Of a stretch of 64,000 nt of DNA, positions 48,601-60,330 are shown piece after piece. Numbering within the stretch: position 1 is the stretch's first letter; each line of letters starts with the position of its first letter. Origin of the DNA: Paraphysomonas bandaiensis (taxonomy: Eukaryota > Protista > Chrysophyceae); contig CBFFRP010000298.1 of NCBI GenBank assembly GCA_965644295.1, forward strand, positions 248,001-312,000, read 5' to 3'. A model generated the notes under the pieces. That model had not been told where the DNA came from. It saw only the letters and a program-made list of their open reading frames with translations, and ran no database searches. The position numbers and the translations under genes are program-made.

Positions 48601-51193
48601 TCGGAGACACTTCGACTTGATGAAGTGGCGTTGTTGGAACAAAATAGGGGTAAAGCGGGTGCGCTGAATGTATATGCTAGGTATCTTCGGACGAAAGCGG
48701 TACAGTGGGTGGCACAGAACAGTGCGGTCGAAATTTCTACACCCGTGAGACCTGCACAGATATTCATGGGTATTGTGGATGCTAGGCATATGCTCTCTGA
48801 GCCTGGAGTATTCTGGAACGACGCCCTTCCGTATTTCAGTCTGGACAAGAAGTCTAACAAGCCGTCCAAGCGATTCGGAGATCATGATAGTAGCCATCCT
48901 AATTGCATGGTTGTTCAATATCCTCAATATTTTACAAACGTTATTCGTGATGATTATCTGGACAACAAGAATGGATCGTACTACACTATATGGCAGACAT
49001 TGCGTGACTGTGCAAAGAGTACAACATCTAGTGGAACCAACGCCATCTGGTGAGCTGAAACTGCTTTAAGAAGCAGTAAACAACGCGATCTTATGTCATA
49101 ATGTACAGGGAAATTACCAACAGCAGCTTTGAATTTGCGACGTCCTCTCGAATTGAAGATACAGGTGAATAAGATAGTCTGTGCACACATTCACAGCAAC
49201 TTATAATATCATGTTCAGGCACATCCCAAAAGTATTTACATGATGCTATATCTGTTCATATGCCGTGTTTTGTGGCCTGTGGCATTGCGAAACAGACGGA
49301 AGATTATATCGAGGCAGTATACCGCTGGAGTACTGGTGCTGTGGAGCTTTTTTGGAGCACCCTGTTCAGTCCACAACTCTCAGATTTTATATTTTTTGCT
49401 GTGGCCACAATTCTGTTGGGGCTTGCTTGCTTCCACCAATCTGCGTGAGTCAATGCGCATTCCCTTTTGTTATTGTGTTGTACTAACATGTATGCCTTAT
49501 TGTTTCTGCAATTCAGGTTTTGGTATTTTTTGTGGATTGCTATTATCGGCGTGTGCCTGTTCTTAGTAAGTTATTTGATATCGCAATGACAATCACTTAA
49601 CAAATCTCTAGACGGTAGTTGAAAAGCGAGTAGGAAAAAAACCAATTCGTCCATTGGTAGTAACTTCAGTCATTGTTCTGAACACCATGTATTGGATATC
49701 GAACTTGTTATCTGTTGTTTGGACGATTTTAATGCCACTTGAAATAGGTATGCATGTCGCTCAACTAACTGTTCAGAAGTGTTTAGGATAACTTTTTTTT
49801 TCTCTGCAGCTGTGTTTGGTCGGATCCCACTTGCGTCTAGTACCAGTCGATCCATGTTTTGGATGCTCGGGGCTGTTATTTTGCGACTTCCTCCGGTACT
49901 GTAGCTGTCTTCTGTTTTAGGCCTTGCCGATGTATGCTGTGATGTCTGGAATTTCAAATGGCCTGTACTTGACATGTGTTTAATCGTTGCTGATGTAATG
50001 TACTGATGTCAGACCTTCATGGCGGACCGTATGTCGAATATATGTCGCTTCATCAACCCACATACAAAGGAGTGGAATTATAACATGGCACTATGGCGAT
50101 CGTCGCAGCTGTATGCTTGCTCGTTTGCGTATGCACTGCTGTCATTCATTTCAGGTGAACTATACATTCATTGTTTGAACTATTTATTTAGTTTGGGAAC
50201 TATGCTTGCTGAAATTGTTTTGAGATTATTTAATGCATCTTTTCCAGGAACCCGGAATGCTATCGGGGCCTATTCGACAGATAAGTGAGTACTTGACAGA
50301 GCTTGCTGACGTTACCTTGATAATTCATTTTCTGTGTATAGAGATCTGACTATGTGGTCTTCATTTCGAGTTCCTGATTCGGCATTTTCTGAGGTGTGAT
50401 CGAAATGAAGTATCTTTCGTATCAGGCGAACTAATATGATTTTTATTCTTTTAATATAGGCGAAGGAGAAGCTCTATGGACATATAACTTGTTGTTCACT
50501 CGAGTATATGCGAGATCTACGACATTATGTTGTGCTTTGTGTTCGGTGCGTCTGTGTACATGTTACTGTGTACTATCAAATATAAGTTGATGTTTTATTA
50601 GGAGTGTTTTGGCATCTTTATGCATGCCAGACGTGCTCACAAAGTGGTATGCCTCAGCTCTACTACTATTTCAGGTATGATGTTTGCACATGCGACAAAA
50701 GTTTTGCTACGTGTGTATCTGCTTGCTCCATGTACTGTATATTGTACGTCGTGCTGCATTGTTCACTGTAAAAAAGTTTGTAGAAGGAGTCATATGACAC
50801 TGTTGTTGAAGTATGCTCTACATATACCTTTTTAACCGTGTTGTTGTTGGTGGTGATGTACTTCAGTTGGCGTGTCTGCTGGTGTCGACAATTGTTACAA
50901 ACAAAGACTCTTCAGTTGGAATCACTGTAACTTTAATCGTTTGCGGAATGAATATATTCCTGGTATGTCACATGTAGCGCAATTTGTAGTGAGACTGATA
51001 TATACTACACACTTATGCGCAGGTGTTTGATATTGCGATGCTTTTGTGCCCTTCACTTGAGAATGTGGTTGGCCGTCCTGCACGACCTGAGTATGTATTT
51101 GGGTTTGTTGGAGTGCTTGTGATTGCTTCCATTCTACTGTCTTCTGTGCTTACCCTTCCACAAATGGGCCGTTTCTTATTTTTGAATGTATAG
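45698..51193 (+). CDS. Cellulose-synthase-like processive GT2 membrane protein with divergent motifs (many exons)
   Basis: Two N-terminal TMs; RGKAGALN, IVDARH, VVQYPQYF, SGTNAIW, RIEDTG, AVYRWSTGAVELF; several C-terminal TMs; stop at 51191-51193. Confidence 0.75.
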
Positions 51194-51567
51194 TGATCAT
51201 TGTGTAATAAATTCTCTGCTGTTTTTAACTGTTCTATCTACCATATAATTGACAATTATTTTCGACATACATCGCAGCCATACGAACGATATTATCAAAA
51301 ACTAGTCATGCGTTATGACGAATAGCCATACCTGTGAAATGATGTAGCAAAGACGTGAATGTACTATATCAGAAAAGGTGTCATTATAGTTATTTATATA
51401 TATAACAACTGTAGAATTCTAACAGCGGAAGTCATTGTATCGCATATCACATTGTTTTGTCAGTGAAGCACAGTTTTTAGTGGATGTCTGATTATTAGCA
51501 ATAATAGGCTTGTAGGTGTCAGAACTAATGTAGCTTAACAATTGAACTAACTAGTGCTTTACTCTGA

Positions 51568-52094
51568 TATCCTACTATTTGCCGATACGAAAACTGCTTG
51601 TGCGTCACCACAAGCACCAAAAGTGCAACCACTTTCGCTCTCTGTCTTCAGCAGGCAGTCCAATACCCGGATACCCTTGAGCTTGGCGCATTCCCGGATG
51701 CCTGTTTATTTGTCAAGGCCCAAAGATGCCCTCAACAAAGTCGGACTCACACCTTTTCGTGATGTTCTGCGGGATAAGTACCGGAGAGATTCTCTCTGAG
51801 AAACTAACGTAAGCCCACTCATAGCCGAATGCTTGTGTGGTACAAGGGACACCAATAAGTGTCACTTGTGTAGATAGACGTTTTTGGGACCTGACGAATA
51901 AACAGGCATCCGGGAATGGGCCCACCTCAAGGGCATCCGGGACAGGGCCCACCTGAAGGGTAACCGGGGTATTGGGCTGCCTGCTGAAGTCAAGCATCCG
52001 GGATGTTCACCTTAAGAACTCAGAGCGGAAGTGGTCGCACCTTGGTGCTTGCGGCGACGCACAAGCAGCTTCCGTAGCGTTAAATAGTAGGATA
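51568..52094. mobile_element. Foldback/palindromic composite repeat (arms ~150 and ~200 bp) with inner MITE-like unit 51716-51892
   Basis: The left arm tatcctactattt...ttcccggatgcctgtttatttgtca pairs with the right arm tgacgaataaacaggcatccgggaa...aaatagtaggata. The inner unit is bounded by aggcccaaagatg / cgtttttgggacct. Confidence 0.8.
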
Positions 52095-52215
52095 AAAAAA
52101 GTTTGTACTGATTAGTTAAAGGTAGAGGTCTAACTAGTTTGTCTAACATTCATCTAGCTACTAAGTTGGTGCAGATTTTTAACACCTATTGCTAAATAAT
52201 AAGACTTTCAATATA
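52010..52215 (+). mobile_element. Family A copy 3 (shorter, same 3' end)
   Basis: Matches 25590-25785 through to taagactttcaatat. Confidence 0.85.
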
Positions 52216-52355
52216 GGCCCAAAGATGTTTACACAAGCTATATGAGTGTGGGCAGAAATTATCTGCCGACAGTATAATATGTAGAAATATCTCCGGTACT
52301 TTTATCTTCTTCTAGAACACCACGATAAGGTGTGAGAGGCCGACTTTGTCAAGGG
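52216..52355 (-). repeat. Second, inverted and truncated copy of the inner MITE-like unit
   Basis: The reverse complement shares acaaagtcgg..ctcacacctt.tcgtg.tgttct, aagtaccggaga.at, gcccac..tcata and cttgtgta with 51729-51892. Confidence 0.75.
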
Positions 52356-52894
52356 AGTGAAGTACTTAATTAGTGTTGTGGATTTCACTAAACAACATAT
52401 TATACTAAATATAATCATTTACAAAAAGCTACACACAATATGGATATCTGACTAGTGTAGTTAGTACGAGAAGAAGGTGCGTCATGCAAAGCCCCAAATA
52501 TATAACTCTACTGTAATTGGAGAACAGTATATTAAAGATCTGATTATTACATGAGAGAACTTATTGCATTTATCTATTACTCTAGACTAGTGGTAAATGG
52601 AGAATAGCAATGATAACTGGAGCCCTAACCATAAAATTCGATAAGAGCATTTTTTGCAAACAATGAAACAAGAGTGTAATCTATTTGAATTGCAGATAAG
52701 TATACTAGAAAAGAAATGGTACCACAATATGACCTCATAAGGGGGTGTTGGCGACATGAATCATGCACAAATAGATATCCACCTAATACAATGGTCTGGG
52801 TCCGAAATCCGAAACTATGGGATCTATTATTGGACCTCGTCACAGAGTTGAGGGGTTGAAAATCAAGTCATTAGATATTTTCAGTTTACAATGA

Positions 52895-53050
52895 CAAGGT
52901 TGACTAGGATGACTAGGTGTTTGTGGAATTCACATTGCCATCAGGAGATATTTTTTCTAGAATTATTTATTATTTTCACTAGTTTTTACACCAAAACTCC
53001 TGTGTGATCAGGTAATTCATCCATTTTGACTAGGTTGAGTAATATTTCTC
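52895..53050 (-). repeat. TGACTAGG-containing terminus related to 42018-42142
   Basis: ttttgactaggttgagtaatatttctc plus two further tgactagg motifs. Confidence 0.5.
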
Positions 53051-54832
53051 ATTCATTAGTACGCATGTCTGGTTAAGAAAACTGCCTTCATTATCTGAAA
53101 CTATTGTCTGACCACCCGGAGATTCAATACTGGTAATTACTTCATAGAACTATCATTATACTAGGAGAACAGCAACAACAGACGGAACAACGTTGAACAC
53201 TTACTGATTACTGAGAGTCCACACCTTAATATTTTACAAGGAGCATACGAGAATGGGGTGATTGTCAGACAACCTCTGTGATGCTCTAAATCTAACACTA
53301 CAACAGCCAAACACCCCCACGAGAATAGCAATGGCCTTATTGACACCCCAACGTACACTGAGAATCGACACACTGGCCCCAACACTTTTCAAACCATCTT
53401 CACTGATCCTATAAGCAGGACACCCTGACTCAGCGTACCCTCATTAGACAGAAACACTCGGCAAGCGCACTGCGACTATCTGAGTGCCAACGAATTGGAA
53501 TGGCATCACTGTCAGACCAACACCATCCCGGGGCGTCTCAAAACGCGAACCATAAGCATAAGAACTCCTAGGCACAATCATGGCACTCATTCTCTCATCA
53601 TCCACTCCGAACTCCATATTTGTCACCAGCTTCAATTTTAAAGCTATAAGACCTCAATATCATAAGCTCTTATTACAAGGGGATGAGCACTTGGGCACTA
53701 TTTCCAAAGAGAATTCTTGCTACCAGAAGAGCCTGCACAAGAAGAGAATTTCAGTCAAACCGCTCCAGAAGTTAGGTATAATGTCGTTTCAAGACACAGT
53801 AGAATATCTGTAGTTGCATCAAGAGCAAGGAAGAGATTCAAAGTTGACATTCTCATTATCACGTTTGATAATAGCCATACATGCAATACAATTTTGTGTC
53901 CCTGACTTATTGCTAACGAATTCTAGCAGACAGAAAAAACACATATTAAATAAAAAGGTGATATAATAAGCACCAGTTTACAATGTATATCGATAGTTAA
54001 ACCTATCGACGACGTTTTTTGAAGCAGTTAACAACTTTAATCTTCCATGACGATAATGCTATTAAGATACATACATGACCTGAGATCGTTTCTATGCAGA
54101 TATATCCACTGAATCAACTTGAGACTGTTGCATTAATACATATGTATAAGTAGGGTTCAATGCATGAGTGTGCACAGTCAACAGTCTCTAAAGGCCTCTA
54201 GATAGTTATATCTGAACCACAGATAGTTCAGACAACAAGAACAGGATTACTTAGTCACTAAGAGTTATTGATATCCTGCTCCATCATAGTCATGAGCATC
54301 CACCCCCAGCATATCATGTAAGATCTTTGATTTGGTTATCATATGCAAAATATCCCCAATTTTCATACTTTGCTGTACTGTATATTGACGTACAGAGTAC
54401 ATAGAAATACAGTATATCAGTCTAAAAATTAGCCTTTTTCGTTGTTTGTATAGTGCATAAAACAAAAAACTTGGATTTTTTTTGACTGATCGACAACATG
54501 TGCGTAACATTCTTGTAACTCTCCTATAAATCATAATGAAACGGCTATAAGTCCAAAACACCACACAATAAACTATGGAACAACTCGATAGTATGGAACT
54601 GTACGTATATATATCATACTCATACATACATACATACAGACAGTCATACACACATACAGACAGACACACATACATATTCAACGTCGAGGAGATATTAACG
54701 TATCCTCATTACTTAACATACATATATACATCACATAGAGCAGCTTCGAGTAGCTCATATTCTCTATATCCTCATAAGGTGTGATATTTATTGTTTACAT
54801 CATCTTATTTCAACAAACTAGACGATATAACT

Positions 54833-55978
54833 ATGAGTGGCCCGCCCCCTCCTCCACGAAACAAACACAGGAATAGTACACACAAACAATCCCGACATCA
54901 ATCACAAGAAGAATACGACAACTATCGTGACCAACAAAGTGCTGTCACTGGTGCAGGATATAACGTATACAATCACTCATATGTGCTGTATATGTTGGCT
55001 GATAGTTTCTACAGGCAGTGCGACAGAGAAATGCTGTAGATGTATATGAACATGGTCAATACGGAGGGGCAAATGTAAGCCATCAGGATGAAAGTCACCA
55101 CGACGAGGCGAACATGCACCAATATGATGATATTGAGTCCGAATCGTATGATTGTTCTACAGACCCCATCTCGCCTGTTCACTTACTGGTGCGTACAGGC
55201 CTGACTATGTTTGCTTTTGTATTTGTTAATTTTTGGTGCATTATTAATATGAATATAGAGTAATCTACGTATTGTATCAGGATAGTACACCCGAAACAAC
55301 GATTGGAATTAATGTGGTAGTCAGGGGCGAGTTGGAATTTGAGTCTCTTTTGCGGATTGATGGCTTGTTCACTGGGAAATTGATATCTAAGGTGAATACT
55401 TTCTTCAATATGTGTACCAAAAGTTATATAAGTATTAGGGCGATCTTATTATCGGTTCACAAGGGAAGCTAGTGGGTAACGTGACAGATATGGGTTCCCT
55501 GCTTGTGGACGGTAAAATCGTCGGAAATATCAATGTAGGGCGTGTGTGCTTACGAGGCCAAGCATCTGTGTTTGGCGACATTACGTGCAAGTCAATCCAG
55601 GTAGAGCCAACGGTGGTTATGGTCGGAAAGGTCAATATTCATTCTGAAGCGCCTCAGCGTATAGACTCTGATGGTAATGTGGTCGCCTCTGTGCCAGAGA
55701 CACAGGTGGAACCCAAGAGAAAAAATTCTTCCCATGCACAAGGTGATAGAAAGAAGAGTGAAAATGCAGTCGATGGTGAGAAGATGATTGCAGCTGAGCT
55801 CGCAGCAGCAAAGGTAAAAGAACAAGATAAGCAGCGTGAAATTAGCGATAGGGCTGCACAGAAACAAAGAGAAGAAAGGGAGATGGCTGAAGAAAAGAAA
55901 AAAAGGGAGGAGGAGGACTCTAGAAAATTTACGTTTGAGAAAATTAACATTGGTTCACATGAAAGTGGGGACACGTAA
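54833..55978 (+). CDS. Bactofilin (polymer-forming cytoskeletal beta-helix) domain protein; exons 54833-54964, 55015-55188, 55281-55391, 55439-55978
   Basis: Spliced translation ETTIGINVVVRGELEFESLLRIDGLFTGKLISKGDLIIGSQGKLVGNVTDMGSLLVDGKIVGNINVGRVCLRGQASVFGDITCKSIQVEPTVVMVGKVNI matches the bactofilin consensus. Three GT-AG introns. Confidence 0.9.
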
Positions 55979-56648
55979 TTACGTTTACGTTTGAGATCAG
56001 TGGCAAGAGCCGGAAGAAAGTGGGGACACGTAATTAATTTATGTATCATAATAAATTAGGCATGCTTAATATTGGTATTGATAGTACTCATAAAATATCA
56101 GAGTAAAAAAGATTGAAGTCGTTTTCTGTGCTCTTGTTGCTCTGAAAAATGGAAAAGTACTTTAAAATTTAATCACACTAAAGCATAAAAAATAATAACT
56201 TGTTAATAATTATTATTGGTCTTGAATATATTATTATTATTTCTTTTTTGCGTGCAATATATTGTTGCCTGGCGCTGATAACAAGTAGTCTAAGTTTCAA
56301 GTAGCTTATTTCTCATGTAACATGTAAACAATATCGTATGTATGAAACTACTGTGCAGTATGTCGTTTGTTACCATAACACAACGAAATGTAATATAGTA
56401 TATATACCTAAGAGTAAGCGGAGTAGAATCTGATAGTAACCCATCTAGGCTGCCAAAAACGAAACAAACATAATTTGAATTGTTTATTTATTAGTACGTG
56501 TCTGTCTTCCAAAATTTAATTGAATCTGCGAAACCCATAGAGTGTAGGAGGTAAAGCAAATTTATAGAGAATATGGTGCTCACAAATATTGTTTGCAATA
56601 ATATTCAAGGAGGCAGAATTGTCTTCAATAGAAGTATTCCAGCATTCA

Positions 56649-57786
56649 TCAATGCATGGAACTCTGAGTGGCAGACAGCTCAGCTGTCTTTTTACCATCA
56701 GATGTAGCACTTGGATTAGTGCGTATCACAAGAATAACCGCCAGGACAATGATTGACACAAAGTTTATGACTCCGAACGACAGAACAGCCGCACTAACAG
56801 CGTCCACTTCGTCGTCATCGTCATCGCTATAGCGTACGCTAGTGGAACATGCTGATTCTTCAGAAGCAGATGAAAGCATTAGACAATAATTATCCTGTGC
56901 TGTATCATATGCTGAGCTTGTTACAGTATAGACAGTATGCTCGTGATAATCGGCGTCACCAATCACAGAGGCATTGAAGTCCGATATACTATCTATCCAC
57001 CACCACATCTGGTAGTATGAATTGGCGTTTTTGGCTACCTAAACCATACACAGCAGTCAATCCCTCTAACACAGAGCACAATAGAGAAACAAATACCATA
57101 CCGTTATTTCCAAGCCGAAATCACTTCCCGGCTCATACCAATTATGGGTACTAACCTGCCCGGACTCCCACAGTTCGCCCTCCAGATATCCATCCACCAT
57201 ATCCCCATCATCTAATTCATACGTATAAGACCCAAAAAAGTCACTAGCAGTAGCCAGAAGAACTTCTTCGGTACCAGTCGCACCTAGTCCGGTGCCTGCA
57301 TAGAGTCAGAGCATATGGTGGTTACAGCAATGCCAACATACCAGTAAATGTAAAATCATCTGCAGTTCCAACGAGGTAGTCCTCGTCTGTGCGGAAGCAA
57401 TCCACGTCACTGGGAGTAACAGTGCTTGTTTGGGTTCCTCCTACTGTAATAGAAATGCCTGGATCCTGCACGTATGCCGCACTATAAGTTGACGGAGTGC
57501 CCACTGTCAAATTCAGAGTGAAAGTCCCCTTAACAGGACCTCGTCCCATCATGTAATAAACACCTGTCCAAGTATCAGTGGTTGCATCAATCGTCCCACG
57601 CATATAGCCTAAAGTCGATATGGTAGCTTGACCATAATAATCTCCATTGGAGGCTGCAGTAACGCAGACCTGTAGTGACCCCCCATACAAACCATCCGTA
57701 AACACACCATTCCAATTATTGGGATGCGCAGTTAAGACTGCGAAGTAGTCAGTTAACACCAAACCCAGCAAAATATTACGAATCAT
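56649..57786 (-). CDS. Hypothetical type I membrane/surface protein (signal peptide, Gly/Thr/Tyr-rich ectodomain, C-terminal TM; 3 exons)
   Basis: MIRNILLGLVLTDYFAVLTA leader; C-terminal AVSAAVLSFGVINFVSIIVLAVILVI; GT-AG introns link the ORF pieces. Confidence 0.75.
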
Positions 57787-58179
57787 GACAATATTTTAAT
57801 GTGCTGGTATTGTGGTAAGCAATATCTTCATGCATCTTGTGCTGTGTATGTATATGCATGTACGTTGGGTGCCATACAGAGCAGTACACCTCCTCTAGAA
57901 GCCGTTGACAGTCCTACCAGAGTACTCCGTCTTCTACAGCCTGATTATGGTCGACATTGTGTGGTACGTACGAACTCCACTCGTACGTACAGACTGTATA
58001 TACCAGATACGTGGAATACGGCAGGTCTAGTGACTACAGCGTATTCTACAGCACTATCTTTTCATGATCATATTTTAAAACTCTACATTCATACATACAT
58101 ACACATCTAGCTGAGCGCTCTATCACCATACCCCCCATATATACATCTATTGACATCATCTATCTCTTATACATAATCA

Positions 58180-59755
58180 ATGACCTCCGTACGTGAAGAA
58201 TACAAGGTCCATAACCGAGTCCATCTATCCCGTGCCCTCATACAAGCTGGTGGTGGTGTCCTCGACCCCCCATTACTTAAATATCTCTCTGCTATACGAC
58301 CCAAACACTGGAGCTGTATATCATCTCATGCAGCGGGATTACGTGTGTATGTTCAAGGGTCACCTGATAGCTTCCTGTTGTTAGATACGTTAAGTCAGCG
58401 TAGTTTAGCTAAGTATATGAAGGCTTTCATAGGGCACCGAATACACAGACTGGAGCGTATATATAATAAAAGAAGAGTTCTTATTTTCTTCACTAGATGG
58501 AGAGAAACTGGAATTAATCGTGTTATGCGACGTTACTTTCGATATAAGACTAGTGTTAGGCATGTGTTCTTGATGTGGAAATATTATGCTTCCAGTCGCA
58601 GACTATTTACGAAGTGCAAAAAGAAGTCCTGCCTTATCATATGTTGCTTTCTCTGGAGAAGACACATGGAATTCAAGAAGAAAGCATTCAAGAAATGGTT
58701 ACAGTGGAGTAAGCGAATCGGTGCTGCTGTGCGTCGGTGCTTTGAGGCGTGGAGTTTGTGGACAACAAAATCGAAGCTGTTGAAGTGCAATATTCTCAAG
58801 GTATTGAAGACGATATGTGCCCCGAAGCCAATCGTTATATCGAGGTTATCGCGTTGGTACTTTGAGCTTTGGAGAGACAACGCACAGCGGATGACTGCAT
58901 ATATCCTGGCATCAGAATGCTTTCGAAGGTAACACCCGACATTTTCGAGTTACGTTTTTGTATCGGTGTAATGGGTGGATGTATTTTCAGGTGGAAAGCT
59001 GGTCATGAGGTCGTCGCTGGATTGGAAAGAGACATATCGCATATAAAAGGCAGGCGACTTTTACGGAAAACGATATCCGCCTGGCAGCGTTGCTTGTCAG
59101 ACAAGAAGAAAGTACAAAATGTGCGTACCTCTCTGTGTGTCACCTGCTTCGGTACATACCAACTCACTTTATTGCAGCATATGTCTGTGCAACAGAGAAA
59201 GAATATTTTATTTGCGTTCCAATCATGGCGAGATGCTGCAAGAAGAACCCGCCTTTTGAGTGTTTATATTCAACGCCATATTTCTTCAGTGGCTGCAACC
59301 GCAATTCAGACAGAGGCAGCTGAAGGAGATGTAACTGTTGTTGCAGAGCAGCCTCTAGTACCAGAGAGATGCGATTCTCCGGATAGGTCGACAACCAAGA
59401 ACAATGGAATTGAAGGAGACGATACAATGGGTGTATCAAGTGTTTTTGTAGGTTCTGATCCCAACCACCCTATTGCCCCCCTTACGGACTCCTACGACCC
59501 TTCATCATCGATTGATATACCACGACACCTAAAGGTACATAATTCAATGATATCTATGAATATCTTTTTTTGTGATATAGATACATTGCGTGTGTGTAGA
59601 TTCGAATAGACAGTGTTTCTGACATGGTTGCTGACTATGAACGGCGTAAGCGAGAAATACGACAAACTAAAGGGAAACGTATCATTGTTAAGAAGAAAGA
59701 AAGAGTGCATTTAAGTGGACGGAGAAGTCAGGACACAAACTGTTCATGGCTATAA
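58180..59755 (+). CDS. Basic helical protein with Sfi1-like F-x-x-W repeats (multi-exon)
   Basis: Recurrent FFTRWR, VFLMWK, CFLWRR, AFKKWLQW, CFEAWSLW, YFELWR, ISAWQR, AFQSWR. The last exon ends NCSWL*. Confidence 0.6.
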
Positions 59756-60330
59756 CCTGAATCAGTTCAGCATAAGCATTTCGGGTATCGATTCCACCCG
59801 CACCATGTGCGAGATGAGGAACTGAATTCGATCTCAGTTGTCTCAGTTTGTCGTTTTGAATAGAATGAGCAAGATTACTGTGAAATATATACACAGTGTT
59901 TTTTTCAAGTAGAACATAGAACGTATTTCTGTTTGGATTTTTTATGGTATATGTGTTTGTTGATAAAATGTAGAGTTTTTTCAACGATACCTTTCTATGT
60001 CGTGACATATACATAATGTTTTAATGAGATATTCACTGAAGTTAGCATTTTACTGCGTAAACCTTCAGCTTCGTTGCACTTCTTTATATATTTTCTAATT
60101 CTTTCTCAATGTGATATGTGCATCCCTACAGTTTAAAATTTGTGCAAAGTTTCATAATGTTGCACGAGACCTCTTTAAAAAAAAAGTATTATTAAGAGCA
60201 AAAGTACCAAAAAATACGAACAGAAGTAAGTCATAAATGAACACATTACCAACTAATATATCAAGTATTCAAATCGGAGTATTATGTATTATACAGTCGC
60301 CAGATGTCCACATATTGGAAGAACTTCATC

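Noticed and set aside
7051-51193. Glycan biosynthetic gene cluster (three glycosyltransferase genes)
   Set aside because: The genes are 11-21 kb apart and interleaved with unrelated housekeeping genes, so nothing supports functional clustering.
54833-55978. Bacterial contamination as the source of the bactofilin
   Set aside because: Three spliceosomal introns are present, one inside the domain, and the gene is contiguous with eukaryotic genes.
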